A DNA stretch of 64,000 bases, from assembly GCA_001782035.1 (NCBI GenBank), contig MFNL01000002.1, positions 188,865 through 252,864 of the forward strand, read 5' to 3'. The DNA is from Candidatus Levybacteria bacterium RIFCSPHIGHO2_01_FULL_37_17. GTDB lineage: Bacteria > Patescibacteriota > Microgenomatia > Levybacterales > UBA12049. The notes under the pieces are model-generated. The model ran no database searches and was not told the origin of the DNA. It saw nothing but the letters and a program-made list of their open reading frames with translations. The position numbers and the translations under genes were made by a program. Positions 1-9,247 of the stretch are shown here, piece after piece; position 1 is the first letter of the stretch, and every line of letters begins with the position of its first letter.

Positions 1-809
1 AAGTCCCTTAAAGATTTAACTCTTGCAGAAATTTGTAGGCTCTCGGAAGAATTTGCCAATGCAAGACCTGCTAAAAATCCACCTATTTCAATCGAAAATC
101 CAATAGGGGGCGAACTGACTAAATATGATGCGCCGAATGCCCAAGCTACGCTAAAAAGGAAAAGGGTTTCGGGCGAATGCGGGATTTTCTCCATAATTTT
201 TGGCAAAATACTTCTACTTAAATAAATAACTCCGCCGAAAATCACGACTGCCTTTAAAAGAAGGAAAATGAAACTAGTCAAATCAATTGATACTGCGTTA
301 CTTGAAAAGCCAGATAGAAAAATAAGAGCGATTACTGCAACAAAATCCTGCACGAGAAGAAAACCGACGGATATTTTTCCATATAAGCTCCTTAAATCTT
401 TTTTGTCAGACAGAAGCTTTACGATAATTATCGTACTTGAAAAGGTTAGTGCAAGAGCGATATATAAAGAGGCAATTGTTGAAAACCCTAGTAATATTGC
501 TATTATAAAACCTACTGCCGAAGTAAAAACAATCTGACCTAAGCCCGTAATTAAAGAAATTTTTCCTACTGATTTTAAATCGGAAAATTTCAATTCGAGC
601 CCAACCATAAATAAAAGTAGTGTTATACCAATTTCTGAAAGTGATCTTATAAATTCCGGGTTTTCTATTTTGCCAAAAACCAAAGGCCCAAGAAGTACTC
701 CCGTTAAAATGTATGCAAGAATCTCCGGCTGCTTAAGTATTCGAAAAATTATTGAAAGAATTGAAGCTAACCCTATTATTAAAGTTATTTCAAGGAAAAA
801 ATTGCCCAT
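1..809 (-). CDS. Cation:proton antiporter (CPA2/Kef-type), 3' part outside window
   Basis: Not in ORF track; read manually from ATG 809: MGNFFLEITLIIGLASILSIIFRILKQPEILAYILTGVLLGPL..., a multi-TM Kef-like sequence running off the window edge. Confidence 0.85.
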   Translation of the reverse strand, partial: MGNFFLEITLIIGLASILSIIFRILKQPEILAYILTGVLLGPLVFGKIENPEFIRSLSEIGITLLLFMVGLELKFSDLKSVGKISLITGLGQIVFTSAVGFIIAILLGFSTIASLYIALALTFSSTIIIVKLLSDKKDLRSLYGKISVGFLLVQDFVAVIALIFLSGFSSNAVSIDLTSFIFLLLKAVVIFGGVIYLSRSILPKIMEKIPHSPETLFLFSVAWAFGASYLVSSPPIGFSIEIGGFLAGLALANSSESLQISARVKSLRD

Positions 810-843
810 TAATCATTTATAACAAGCTTTTATAAATGCGTCA

Positions 844-903
844 ATTCACCCTGTTAAATAACTCGCTTAGCGAATTGACCTCTGGCCATTTAACAGGATG
901 AAT
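844..903. repeat. REP-like palindromic element
   Basis: attcaccctgttaaat (844-859) / atttaacaggatgaat (888-903) inverted repeat 15/16, inner tcgc-tta-gcga hairpin. Confidence 0.7.
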
Positions 904-917
904 GCTATATTTGGGTA

Positions 918-1595
918 ATGATTCTAAAGCTTATTGATAAAAGAAAAGAACTAAAAGGGATTACAACTTTTATTTTTAAACCCGATAAGAAAATTAAATG
1001 GATTGCGGGTCAGTACTTGATATATTCCCTTCCACATGAAAACAGCGATTTAAGGGGAAAGCAACGATTCTTTACAATTTCATCTGCCCCACATCAAAAT
1101 TTTCCTTCAATAACTACAAGAATTGAAAAGGGGGCAAGCTCATTTAAAAATACACTCGATAAATTAAAAATTGGTGGTGTGATTTATGCAAAAGGCCCAG
1201 ATGGTGACTTTGTTCTTGAAAAAAACTCGGAGCAAAATATTTTTATTGCGGGTGGAATTGGAATCACGCCATTTATAGCAATTTTAAGAGATTTAAGTTT
1301 TAAAAAAAATCCGTACAAAATTAAATTACTATATGCAAACAAAAATAGCAGTATTTTGTTTAAGAAAGAACTTGATCAGTTATCTTTTCAAAATAAAAAT
1401 TTTGAAGTTGAATATTTTATTGGCAGAAGAAAATTAAAAAAAGAAACGGTAAGGCAATTTATTTCAAAAAAAGCAACATTTTTTGTATCTGGTCCAGACC
1501 CAATGGTTGCGGATTTTGAATATTACTTAAGAAAAAATGGAGTAGTAGATAACAGATTAAAGCTTGATTATTTTTCCGGGTATAAAAAGATTTAA
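918..1595 (+). CDS. FNR-like FAD/NAD(P)H oxidoreductase
   Basis: RFFTISS, GPDGDF, IAGGIGITP and C-terminal F.GY motifs. Confidence 0.85.
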   Translation: MILKLIDKRKELKGITTFIFKPDKKIKWIAGQYLIYSLPHENSDLRGKQRFFTISSAPHQNFPSITTRIEKGASSFKNTLDKLKIGGVIYAKGPDGDFVLEKNSEQNIFIAGGIGITPFIAILRDLSFKKNPYKIKLLYANKNSSILFKKELDQLSFQNKNFEVEYFIGRRKLKKETVRQFISKKATFFVSGPDPMVADFEYYLRKNGVVDNRLKLDYFSGYKKI

Positions 1596-2527
1596 TTGAG
1601 GTAGCTTATTTCTTCTTTAAGCTCTACTTCATAAACCTCTTTTATTTTAGATTTAATTATTAAAATAAGTTGTTTAACTTCTTCTGCTTTTGCATTGCCT
1701 AAATTAATAATAAAGTTTGTATGTTTTTCTGAAAGCTGTGCATCCCCTACTCTTTTACCGCTTAATCCTGCTAAAAAATTTATCTTGGCAGTTGGAATCA
1801 CAGGAAAAGGATCGTTTTTAATATATTGTGCTAGTTCATTCATTTTAGATTTAGGGAAATTTTCAATAGGGGTATTTTGAAATATACTGCCTAAATTCGG
1901 ATAATCAAGTGGGTGTCTTAATTTCCTTTTGCTTATCTTATCTTCAATTGCCTCTATAATTTGATCTTTGTCTCCTCTATTTAGCTTGAAGGTGACTTGC
2001 GCAATAGCTTCTTTTCTCTCCAGCTTTTGTTTAAAGATGCTATTTCTATATCCGAATTTACATTCCGCATTACTTCTTTTCCTTACTTGGTAAGTCGCCA
2101 TATCTATGCTTTCAACCTCAAATATACTGTCTTTCATTTCTCCTGTGTATGCGCCTGCATTGCCGCGCACAGCGCCTCCTACGCCCCCCGGTAGGCCGCC
2201 TGCCCATTCAAGTCCGGATAGTCCGTTAGCCACACAAAACTCAAGAAGCTTTAACATTTCAACACCTGCGCCAACTTTAACAAAATTTCCCCTTTTCTCG
2301 ATACCCTGTATATCTACTTTAATTACTAAGCCGTTAAAACCAATGTCAGGAAAAAGAATATTTGTACCACCACCTATTACAAAAACATTAGGGGTTAACC
2401 CCTTTGACTCAATTAAAACATCTGTAAGTTCTTTGATCGTTTTTACCAAAACAAAGAATTTAGCAGGACCTCCGATTTTAAGGTTGCTATAAAGTTTAAG
2501 TGGAATATCTTTTTGTATTTTAGACAT
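1592..2527 (-). CDS. murB: UDP-N-acetylenolpyruvoylglucosamine reductase
   Basis: IGGPA, GGGTN, GNAGAY, FGYRNS, GSIFQN, SEKHTNF. Confidence 0.95.
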   Translation of the reverse strand: MSKIQKDIPLKLYSNLKIGGPAKFFVLVKTIKELTDVLIESKGLTPNVFVIGGGTNILFPDIGFNGLVIKVDIQGIEKRGNFVKVGAGVEMLKLLEFCVANGLSGLEWAGGLPGGVGGAVRGNAGAYTGEMKDSIFEVESIDMATYQVRKRSNAECKFGYRNSIFKQKLERKEAIAQVTFKLNRGDKDQIIEAIEDKISKRKLRHPLDYPNLGSIFQNTPIENFPKSKMNELAQYIKNDPFPVIPTAKINFLAGLSGKRVGDAQLSEKHTNFIINLGNAKAEEVKQLILIIKSKIKEVYEVELKEEISYLN

Positions 2528-2528
2528 A

Positions 2529-3668
2529 TTACTCTACTGGAGCGCTCCCAAGCGTTGCTGAAATACTAATTGTTTGTCCGCTTCTTAAAACAGTGAGATT
2601 AACGTTATCGCCAACCTTTTTTAATGCAATTAACGCTGCGAGCTCATTTACTCCTACTTTTACATCTTTACCGTCAAATTTTGTAATAACATCTCCAGCT
2701 TTAATTCCAGCCTTCTCTGCAGGGCTTTTCGATATAACATTTTGAATATAAGCCCCTTGCGCAAGTTTATTTAGCTTTGCTTCCTCGCTGTTTAACATTG
2801 TATAGGATATTCCAAGATATGGTCTGTTAAATTGTCCGAACTGATTAAAATTTTTTAACGCATCTTTTAAGACATTAATGGGCAGTGCAAAACCGATATT
2901 CTGTGCACTTTGAGAAACCGCAGTATTTATTCCTACAACTTGGCCGTTGCTTGCCACCAATGGACCACCTGAGTTCCCGGGATTTATTGCAGCATCTGTC
3001 TGGATTACATTATCGAGTTTCTCTACAAAACCCTGAAAGTCACTTCCCGCGATAATTCCTCTTCCAAGTCCGGATATAACTCCTGTTGTAACAGTATTTT
3101 TAAACTCACCCAAAGCGGTTCCGATTGCTATAACAAATTGTCCAACCTGCAGAGTTGACGAATCACCTACGATAACCGGCGTTAATTTATTTTCAGGATT
3201 GTCTGCTAGATTTACTTTAAGAAGTGCAATATCGTTTAAGGGGTCTCTGGAAATTTTGTCCACATTGTAGGTTTTATTATTACTGGTTACTATTTGGTAT
3301 TTTGAATTTGTATCCGAAACAACGTGTTTATTGGTAACAATAAGACCCAAGCTATCAACTACAAAGCCAGAACCGATATTTCGAGGCTGTGGCTGTTGTT
3401 GTTGCGGCTCTATATTAAAACCGAAAGGACCGAAATTTATCGTATTTCGACTTGATAAAGAAGCAATTTCAACAACTGTTACAACAGATGGTCCCACATT
3501 TTTAACTACATCTACAACAACCGATTCCTCTTTCACAATTTTTACGGTTTCAGTTGACGCCTTGGGCGCGCTTTGATCTCCTAAAAGTCCCTGTGTGAAA
3601 GTTGACAGCACAAACCATGTAGCAAGTAGAACAATAAGCGCTACTAACAAAACCAGAAGTTTTTTCAT
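2529..3668 (-). CDS. htrA: HtrA/DegP serine protease with PDZ domain
   Basis: N-terminal TM, TNKHVV, DIALLK, QTDAAINPGNSGGPL, PDZ. Confidence 0.95.
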   Translation of the reverse strand: MKKLLVLLVALIVLLATWFVLSTFTQGLLGDQSAPKASTETVKIVKEESVVVDVVKNVGPSVVTVVEIASLSSRNTINFGPFGFNIEPQQQQPQPRNIGSGFVVDSLGLIVTNKHVVSDTNSKYQIVTSNNKTYNVDKISRDPLNDIALLKVNLADNPENKLTPVIVGDSSTLQVGQFVIAIGTALGEFKNTVTTGVISGLGRGIIAGSDFQGFVEKLDNVIQTDAAINPGNSGGPLVASNGQVVGINTAVSQSAQNIGFALPINVLKDALKNFNQFGQFNRPYLGISYTMLNSEEAKLNKLAQGAYIQNVISKSPAEKAGIKAGDVITKFDGKDVKVGVNELAALIALKKVGDNVNLTVLRSGQTISISATLGSAPVE

Positions 3669-3676
3669 TGCCTTGC

Positions 3677-4957
3677 CTATTTTATCAACTCGAATATTGC
3701 CTTTTCAAGCTGGTTATCAATATCGGGATTTTTTTCATCCAAGGCAGCTACAACATCGGGAGACAGTCCTTTCTCATTAACCCATGTTCCATCTGGAGTT
3801 AACCATTTGGCAATGGTTATATGGAGCCCCGCGCCGCTTCCCAAATCCTCTGCTGTCTGAATCGTCCCTTTTCCAAAAGTAGTTTCCCCAACAAGAACTG
3901 CTCTGCCATTATCCCTTAAGGCACCCGCAACAATTTCGCTGGCGGAGGCGCTGCCTTTATTTATTAAAACAATAATTTCAGTATTAGTAAGTTTGCCATC
4001 TCTTTCAACGTACATTGCTTTTCTATCAAGATTTGCCTGTTCCTCCCACACTACAATTTTCCCCTTATCTAAAAATTCCGAGGAAATAAATGCTGCATCT
4101 GAAAGATATCCCCCCGGGTTGTTCCTTAAATCAAGGACTATTCCTTTTATTTTATCGTCGGATTTAATTTTGTTTGAAAAATCTGAAATCAAATTAGTCC
4201 ACTCTTGATTTGTATTGTCTCCAAATTGAGATAGCCTAATATATGCATAGTCGATACAGTTAGAAGAGCATGTTTTCCCTTCTGTCACTTCTTTACATTC
4301 TTTATCATTGCACTGCGCTTTTTGTATTTTCATCTCAACACTTTTAACAGTAATAATGTCTCTTGTAATTTTTATATCATCTTTTTTCGTAGAGTCTTTG
4401 TGGAAAATTGAAAGAGTAACTATACTTCCCTTTGGCCCTCTTATCTTCTCAACCGCTTGCCCTATGCTCCATCCGGCTGTTGAGACTCCATCTACTGCTG
4501 CAATTATATCTCCTGCTTTAATACCAACCTTTTTAGCAGGGCTTCCGTCCAAGGGAGAAATTACAATGATATTTTTATCTTTAACTCCAAGCTCCGCACC
4601 AATTCCTGAAAATTGCCCTGCTAGTCCCTGTTTAAAGTCAGAATTGTTTGCAGGAGGAAGATAAACAGTAAATGGGTCGCCAAGGCTCTGTACCATGCCC
4701 GCAATTGCCCCGTTCAGCATTTTTTGCGGGTCCAGTTTTGTTTTATCGTAATAAGAAGCATAAAGCTTCTGCCAAACGCTCCAAAAAGGAGTAAAGTTTA
4801 CATCGGTTAAGCCAGCAGGAGGTTCTTTACTTACAACGGAAAGAAGAGGCTGGTAATTTTTCCACCCTAAATTTACTTTGTTAACTCCAAAATAATAACC
4901 TGCCAAAAAAGTGATACCGATAAGAAGAATTATTTGAAGTAATTTTACCCTAGTCAT
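3677..4957 (-). CDS. ctpA: C-terminal processing peptidase (S41, PDZ)
   Basis: DLRNNPGG, SASASEI, FGKG. Confidence 0.93.
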   Translation of the reverse strand: MTRVKLLQIILLIGITFLAGYYFGVNKVNLGWKNYQPLLSVVSKEPPAGLTDVNFTPFWSVWQKLYASYYDKTKLDPQKMLNGAIAGMVQSLGDPFTVYLPPANNSDFKQGLAGQFSGIGAELGVKDKNIIVISPLDGSPAKKVGIKAGDIIAAVDGVSTAGWSIGQAVEKIRGPKGSIVTLSIFHKDSTKKDDIKITRDIITVKSVEMKIQKAQCNDKECKEVTEGKTCSSNCIDYAYIRLSQFGDNTNQEWTNLISDFSNKIKSDDKIKGIVLDLRNNPGGYLSDAAFISSEFLDKGKIVVWEEQANLDRKAMYVERDGKLTNTEIIVLINKGSASASEIVAGALRDNGRAVLVGETTFGKGTIQTAEDLGSGAGLHITIAKWLTPDGTWVNEKGLSPDVVAALDEKNPDIDNQLEKAIFELIK

Positions 4958-5670
4958 ATTAAAATAAATTTGCTATTGCTGTCTATATATGCATTTTTCC
5001 CGCTCATTTTATTTAAATTTTTATAATCCTGGTCTGAAACAATTGCAATGGTCTTCTCAAAATTTTTATCTATATCCAAAAAATCAAAATCTTCTAACTT
5101 TTTGGTCATTAGGGCAATAGCTCCCAACCCAAACGACTTAAAGACAGAAAGCCTGTCGAATGTTTCTCTAATAACTATTTTGCCTTCGACCTTTTTATCT
5201 ATAGCATCCACTTTTAAAAGCTCTCCTTCAATACTTGACCCTAAAACATCCAATAAAGGAATCGCCTCATGCGTCGTTTTTATTAATATTTTGGTATTAT
5301 CGCAGAATTCAATTACTCCATCAACCGGTGAAAGGATATCTGTTGTTTCTTTAAAATCTTTTGGTTTTAAATATAAATCCTGATTTTGTTCATCTATTTT
5401 AACCAAGGTGCCTGAAATTGGACTGTAAACTTTAACCCTCCCTATTAGCTTTCTCTTTATAGCAACAACCTCGCCCGAGGAAATTGCGTCTCCCAAGTGT
5501 TTTTTTAGGGATGAGGAAAACTTATCCGGCGCAATTTCGTAAGGAGACAGGTGTATTGCTTCGTTATCGGAAACAACAACTTGGGCCAAAATTTGTCCTT
5601 TTTTTATCTTTTCACCTACCTTAACTTTGGGGGTACTTTGCGCTAGAAGTTGTATAGGCAGAACATTCAT
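4954..5670 (-). CDS. Hypothetical protein with repeated barrel-sandwich-hybrid-like motifs
   Basis: VGEKIKKGQILA, SPISGTL, SPVDGVI; overlaps neighbouring genes. Confidence 0.6.
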   Translation of the reverse strand: MNVLPIQLLAQSTPKVKVGEKIKKGQILAQVVVSDNEAIHLSPYEIAPDKFSSSLKKHLGDAISSGEVVAIKRKLIGRVKVYSPISGTLVKIDEQNQDLYLKPKDFKETTDILSPVDGVIEFCDNTKILIKTTHEAIPLLDVLGSSIEGELLKVDAIDKKVEGKIVIRETFDRLSVFKSFGLGAIALMTKKLEDFDFLDIDKNFEKTIAIVSDQDYKNLNKMSGKNAYIDSNSKFILI

Positions 5671-5918
5671 TATTTAACATTGACTGCAAATGGTATTAAA
5701 GCCAAATACCTTGCCCTTTTTATTTCTTCTGTTAATTTTTTCTGATGTTTTCCGCAAAGACCGGATCTTGATCTTGGAATTATTTTCGACCTTTCTGTTA
5801 AAAATCGATTTAGGGTTGAAACATCTAAAAAGTTAGGCTCTTTTTTTTCAACATGGAAAAAACACTCTTTTGGAGCATTACTTTTCTGTATTCGTCTGAT
5901 TTTTCGTTTTTTTGCCAT
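5670..5918 (-). CDS. rpsR: 30S ribosomal protein S18
   Basis: KIIPRSRSG..HQKKL..IKRARYLALIP; after ssb. Confidence 0.95.
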   Translation of the reverse strand: MAKKRKIRRIQKSNAPKECFFHVEKKEPNFLDVSTLNRFLTERSKIIPRSRSGLCGKHQKKLTEEIKRARYLALIPFAVNVK

Positions 5919-5925
5919 CGCTTTG

Positions 5926-6414
5926 TTAGAAAGGGATATCGTCAGCAGCTATATCCTCTATTGGAGGCGAATCTTGCGGCTGTTCTTCTTCCTTGCCCTT
6001 TGAAGCTTTAGCCAAAGAAGGTTTTTCCTCTTTTTCTTCCGGTGCAGGCTCGGCGGCAGGGGTCTGTTCACCTTCGGCTCTTCTATTGTCAAGAAGGATC
6101 ATGTCAGAAATAACAATTTCCGTGACGTTTTTCTGAGTTCCGTCTTGACCCGTCCAGCTTCTGTTTGTAAGTCTTCCTTCTACAAAAACTTTTCTTCCCT
6201 TTGTTAAGAATTGACTGCAAATTTCTGCCAACTTATTCCATGCGACGATTCGATGAAACTCTGTTTCGTCTTTTTTCTCTCCACTATCAAGCGTCCAGCT
6301 TCTGTTTGTCGCAATACTAAACGAGCATACTGCAGTGCCGGATGGTGTGTATCTAAGTTCCGGATCTCTAGTTAAATTTCCAATTAGTTGAGCTCTGTTT
6401 AGGCTTTTTGGCAT
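5926..6414 (-). CDS. ssb: Single-stranded DNA-binding protein
   Basis: LIGNLTRDPELRYT; C-terminal DDIPF. Confidence 0.97.
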   Translation of the reverse strand: MPKSLNRAQLIGNLTRDPELRYTPSGTAVCSFSIATNRSWTLDSGEKKDETEFHRIVAWNKLAEICSQFLTKGRKVFVEGRLTNRSWTGQDGTQKNVTEIVISDMILLDNRRAEGEQTPAAEPAPEEKEEKPSLAKASKGKEEEQPQDSPPIEDIAADDIPF

Positions 6415-6417
6415 ATC

Positions 6418-6681
6418 TTAAAGTTTTATTATTAAATATCTTAAAATATTATCGTCTGCATTAAGCTTTTTTTCAAATCCTGTGGGAAGCGCTTCGGTAT
6501 CAAGTAAAAAGCTTGTATAAAATCCTTTATTCTCTCTTTTTATTGGGTATGCCAGTTCTTTTTCTCCAATTTCCTCTTCTTGCAATTTTGAGCCTTTAAG
6601 CATTTCCTTTACTGAGTCTATTGCTTTTTTTCTGACTGGATCCGTTGATTTAGTAACAAGAGTCAGTTGATATTTTCTCAT
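6418..6681 (-). CDS. rpsF: 30S ribosomal protein S6
   Basis: MRKY..GEKELAYPI..ILRYLI; start ATG 6681 rather than 6717. Confidence 0.92.
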   Translation of the reverse strand: MRKYQLTLVTKSTDPVRKKAIDSVKEMLKGSKLQEEEIGEKELAYPIKRENKGFYTSFLLDTEALPTGFEKKLNADDNILRYLIIKL

Positions 6682-6726
6682 GGAGCTAATTTTACTATAC
6701 ACTATCCTTTTAAGCAAGATAGAAAG

Positions 6727-7674
6727 TCAGGCAGATTTAGGCTTGAGTTGGACTGCAACCAAATTCCCACCAAGATGAGCATCGTTATGTTCTCCCGAAT
6801 ATCTCCTTGAATATGCGATTCCATTTGCCGCATCTTCATAGGTATCTCGTCTATAAGCCTGTATGTTCTCTGGCTTCATACCTGCTTGAACCGCCTGCAT
6901 TTCGAACGCGCTTAAAATATCGACATACCTCTTTTCAGAGTCATCGCTTGTTTGTTTAGAGGTTATAAATGGTCCCCAATTCCGTTCAACTATTCCATTT
7001 CCTCTTCTTTCCGGTTCATTAGTTATATAAAAATTTTCCTGAGAGACGCCTGGGAAAACAGCTGCAACTGCAGTAGATAAATCTACACCTAATGTATCTT
7101 GTAGGTACCACAGGCCCTGCCTTGTTATACCCGCATTTTCGGCATCAGCTCCGCAATGGTCAATTGCAACCAAATCGTGACCATCCTTATCCTTGGCGTA
7201 AATAACAACGGTTGGACAATCGGCCGGTAAAATATACATTGCAATTCTTGGGTCTCTTGTAAAAATTAAATTACCAATCACGAATTCTTTATCTTGCAAT
7301 GTTTCAAGACTAACTTCTTCAATTTGCACTTCAGTACCTTGAAAAAAACCTTTTATCCAAACTTTGTTTTCAGAAAATCCTTGTTCATTAAAAAAATTTA
7401 ATCTATTTCTAGAATTTACTGCTTCACTTTCCCCTAAGTCAAAAAACTTTGCTGACATATTTCCAGCGTTTTTACCATATGAAAATCTTGCTAAAACTGG
7501 TTTGGCGGGAAGTGCTTCCAAGGATGGGAAAAAACCCACCCTGTCTTCAAATCCTGGTACATACTGAATTTCAGAAAGTTCTTCTACTCTTTGTATTTCT
7601 CTTAAGACTTCTTGTTCTTTTACTACAATTTTTGCTTCAATGGGGTCTTGATTTGCTTCTACTGCTTCTGCCAT
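6727..7674 (-). CDS. PgeF/YfiH (laccase-domain) family protein, divergent
   Basis: GNMS, NR..F, PADCP, DHCG, YSRR. Confidence 0.7.
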   Translation of the reverse strand: MAEAVEANQDPIEAKIVVKEQEVLREIQRVEELSEIQYVPGFEDRVGFFPSLEALPAKPVLARFSYGKNAGNMSAKFFDLGESEAVNSRNRLNFFNEQGFSENKVWIKGFFQGTEVQIEEVSLETLQDKEFVIGNLIFTRDPRIAMYILPADCPTVVIYAKDKDGHDLVAIDHCGADAENAGITRQGLWYLQDTLGVDLSTAVAAVFPGVSQENFYITNEPERRGNGIVERNWGPFITSKQTSDDSEKRYVDILSAFEMQAVQAGMKPENIQAYRRDTYEDAANGIAYSRRYSGEHNDAHLGGNLVAVQLKPKSA

Positions 7675-7686
7675 TTTACGAGTATA

Positions 7687-8649
7687 TCAACTTCCGATTT
7701 TAAACTCAATTATATCTCCATCTTTTACAATATAATCTCTTCCTTCAAGTCTTGTTTTCCCATGTTCCCTACTTCCCTTCCATCCATTAAGCTCTATGAA
7801 GTCCTCGTATGTCACAACTTCTGCTTTTATAAATTTTTTCATAAAATCTGTGTGAATTTCTCCTGCTGCCTCAAGCGCCGTTGAACTTTTTTTAATGGTC
7901 CATGCTCTAACTTCTTTAACCCCTGCTGTAAGAAATGAGATTAACCCAAGTTCTTCATATGCTTTTTGAATAAGTCTCTCTAAGCCCGATTTTTCCAATC
8001 CTAAACCCTTGAGATATTCTTTTTGCTCGTCTTCGCTAAGTCCTGCGAGCTCTGCTTCAATTTGTGCAGAAATAACTATAATTTTGTCTTTAGATACTTC
8101 CAGAGTTTTTGAATATTCACCAAGAATTTTGTCAATAGAATCGGTGTTGTATTGGCTTTCCGAAATATTCAAAACTACAAGCTCCGGCTTTTGGGCTAGT
8201 GGCTCTCCTCCTTTTTCCAAATCTGCAAGTTCTAGCTCTGTTCTAACAACTTTATAATCATTTAACGCGTCCACACTTCCCTCTTTAATTACGTTTGGGT
8301 CCTCAAATACTCTGACAACATGGGCAATTACAGAAACCTCTCGGATGTGGGATAAAAATTTATTCCCTAAACCCGCTCCTTCATTTGCTCCCTTAACTAA
8401 GCCTGCAATATCTACAAATTTAACAGTGGCGTAAATTATTGGAGGTATTTCAGACATTTTATGTTCAATTTGAACAATTTGGGCTAACTTCTCAAGCCTC
8501 TCATCATGCACAGGAACTACTCCTATATTTGGCTCAATCGTCGCAAAAGGGTAATTTGCAACAAGAGCCTGCTGTTTTTTAAGAAGCGCATTAAACAATG
8601 TACTTTTACCAACGTTTGGTAAACCGACTATCCCAATCGAAAGATTCAT
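7687..8649 (-). CDS. ychF: Ribosome-binding ATPase YchF
   Basis: GLPNVGKST, ANYPFATIEPN, DIAGLV, TGS domain. Confidence 0.95.
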   Translation of the reverse strand: MNLSIGIVGLPNVGKSTLFNALLKKQQALVANYPFATIEPNIGVVPVHDERLEKLAQIVQIEHKMSEIPPIIYATVKFVDIAGLVKGANEGAGLGNKFLSHIREVSVIAHVVRVFEDPNVIKEGSVDALNDYKVVRTELELADLEKGGEPLAQKPELVVLNISESQYNTDSIDKILGEYSKTLEVSKDKIIVISAQIEAELAGLSEDEQKEYLKGLGLEKSGLERLIQKAYEELGLISFLTAGVKEVRAWTIKKSSTALEAAGEIHTDFMKKFIKAEVVTYEDFIELNGWKGSREHGKTRLEGRDYIVKDGDIIEFKIGS

Positions 8650-9224
8650 AATTTTGTTTTCAAGTTTTCTATATCTTGTTCATGTTCGATTCTTTTCGGA
8701 TCTCCACGCTCTTCTCGTTTGTAAATTTTATCTTTTAACTCTACTTCAGGATGTTGAATCTCAAACGTAATTCCTTCGATATACCCGTAGATAGGCTCGG
8801 CAAATTCTTGCTCATCAACCATTCCATCGCTCTTGACGATGTGTTTCTCGCTTTTTAACGGGCTGGTTATTGTTTGAATATAATAAATATCAAGAACAGA
8901 CTCACCAAAACGATATAAGAAATTATGGTAATAATCCTTTCTTCCCCTATCCTCCGTCGTGTATTCAAACTCATTAGGCGCGATTGAATCGAGAAGTCGC
9001 TCGATTGCTTCTTCAGGATTATCATTTGTTCCGTAGATTTGTATATCAACATCATTGTGAGGTCTGGTAATTTCTCCTAAAAACCCATCAACAGCATAGC
9101 CACCAGAAATGATTACTCTCATACCAATATTTGGAGCAATTTTTGTAAGTTTATCAATTATTTGAAGGTCTGAACGAGTTCTTCTTTCCTGCTCTGGAGA
9201 TAATTTTTCTTTCAAGATGATCAC
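8646..9224 (-). CDS. Nucleotidyltransferase (ANT(2'')/lincosamide NTase-like)
   Basis: SGGYAVDGFLGEITRPHNDVD, C-terminal H..D. Confidence 0.75.
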   Translation of the reverse strand: MIILKEKLSPEQERRTRSDLQIIDKLTKIAPNIGMRVIISGGYAVDGFLGEITRPHNDVDIQIYGTNDNPEEAIERLLDSIAPNEFEYTTEDRGRKDYYHNFLYRFGESVLDIYYIQTITSPLKSEKHIVKSDGMVDEQEFAEPIYGYIEGITFEIQHPEVELKDKIYKREERGDPKRIEHEQDIENLKTKL

Positions 9225-9244
9225 GAGGCTAATTATAGCAGAAG
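9225..9244 (-). promoter_or_regulatory. Extended -10 promoter repeat R1
   Basis: Minus strand cttcTGcTATAATtagcctc directly before GTG 9224; repeated at 10415 and 10901. Confidence 0.75.
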
Positions 9245-9247
9245 ATG

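Noticed and set aside
268-537. ORF-track 89-aa plus-strand ORF and the many other short antisense ORFs (e.g. 2106, 29128, 46610, 57092)
   Set aside because: Shadow frames of well-supported genes on the opposite strand
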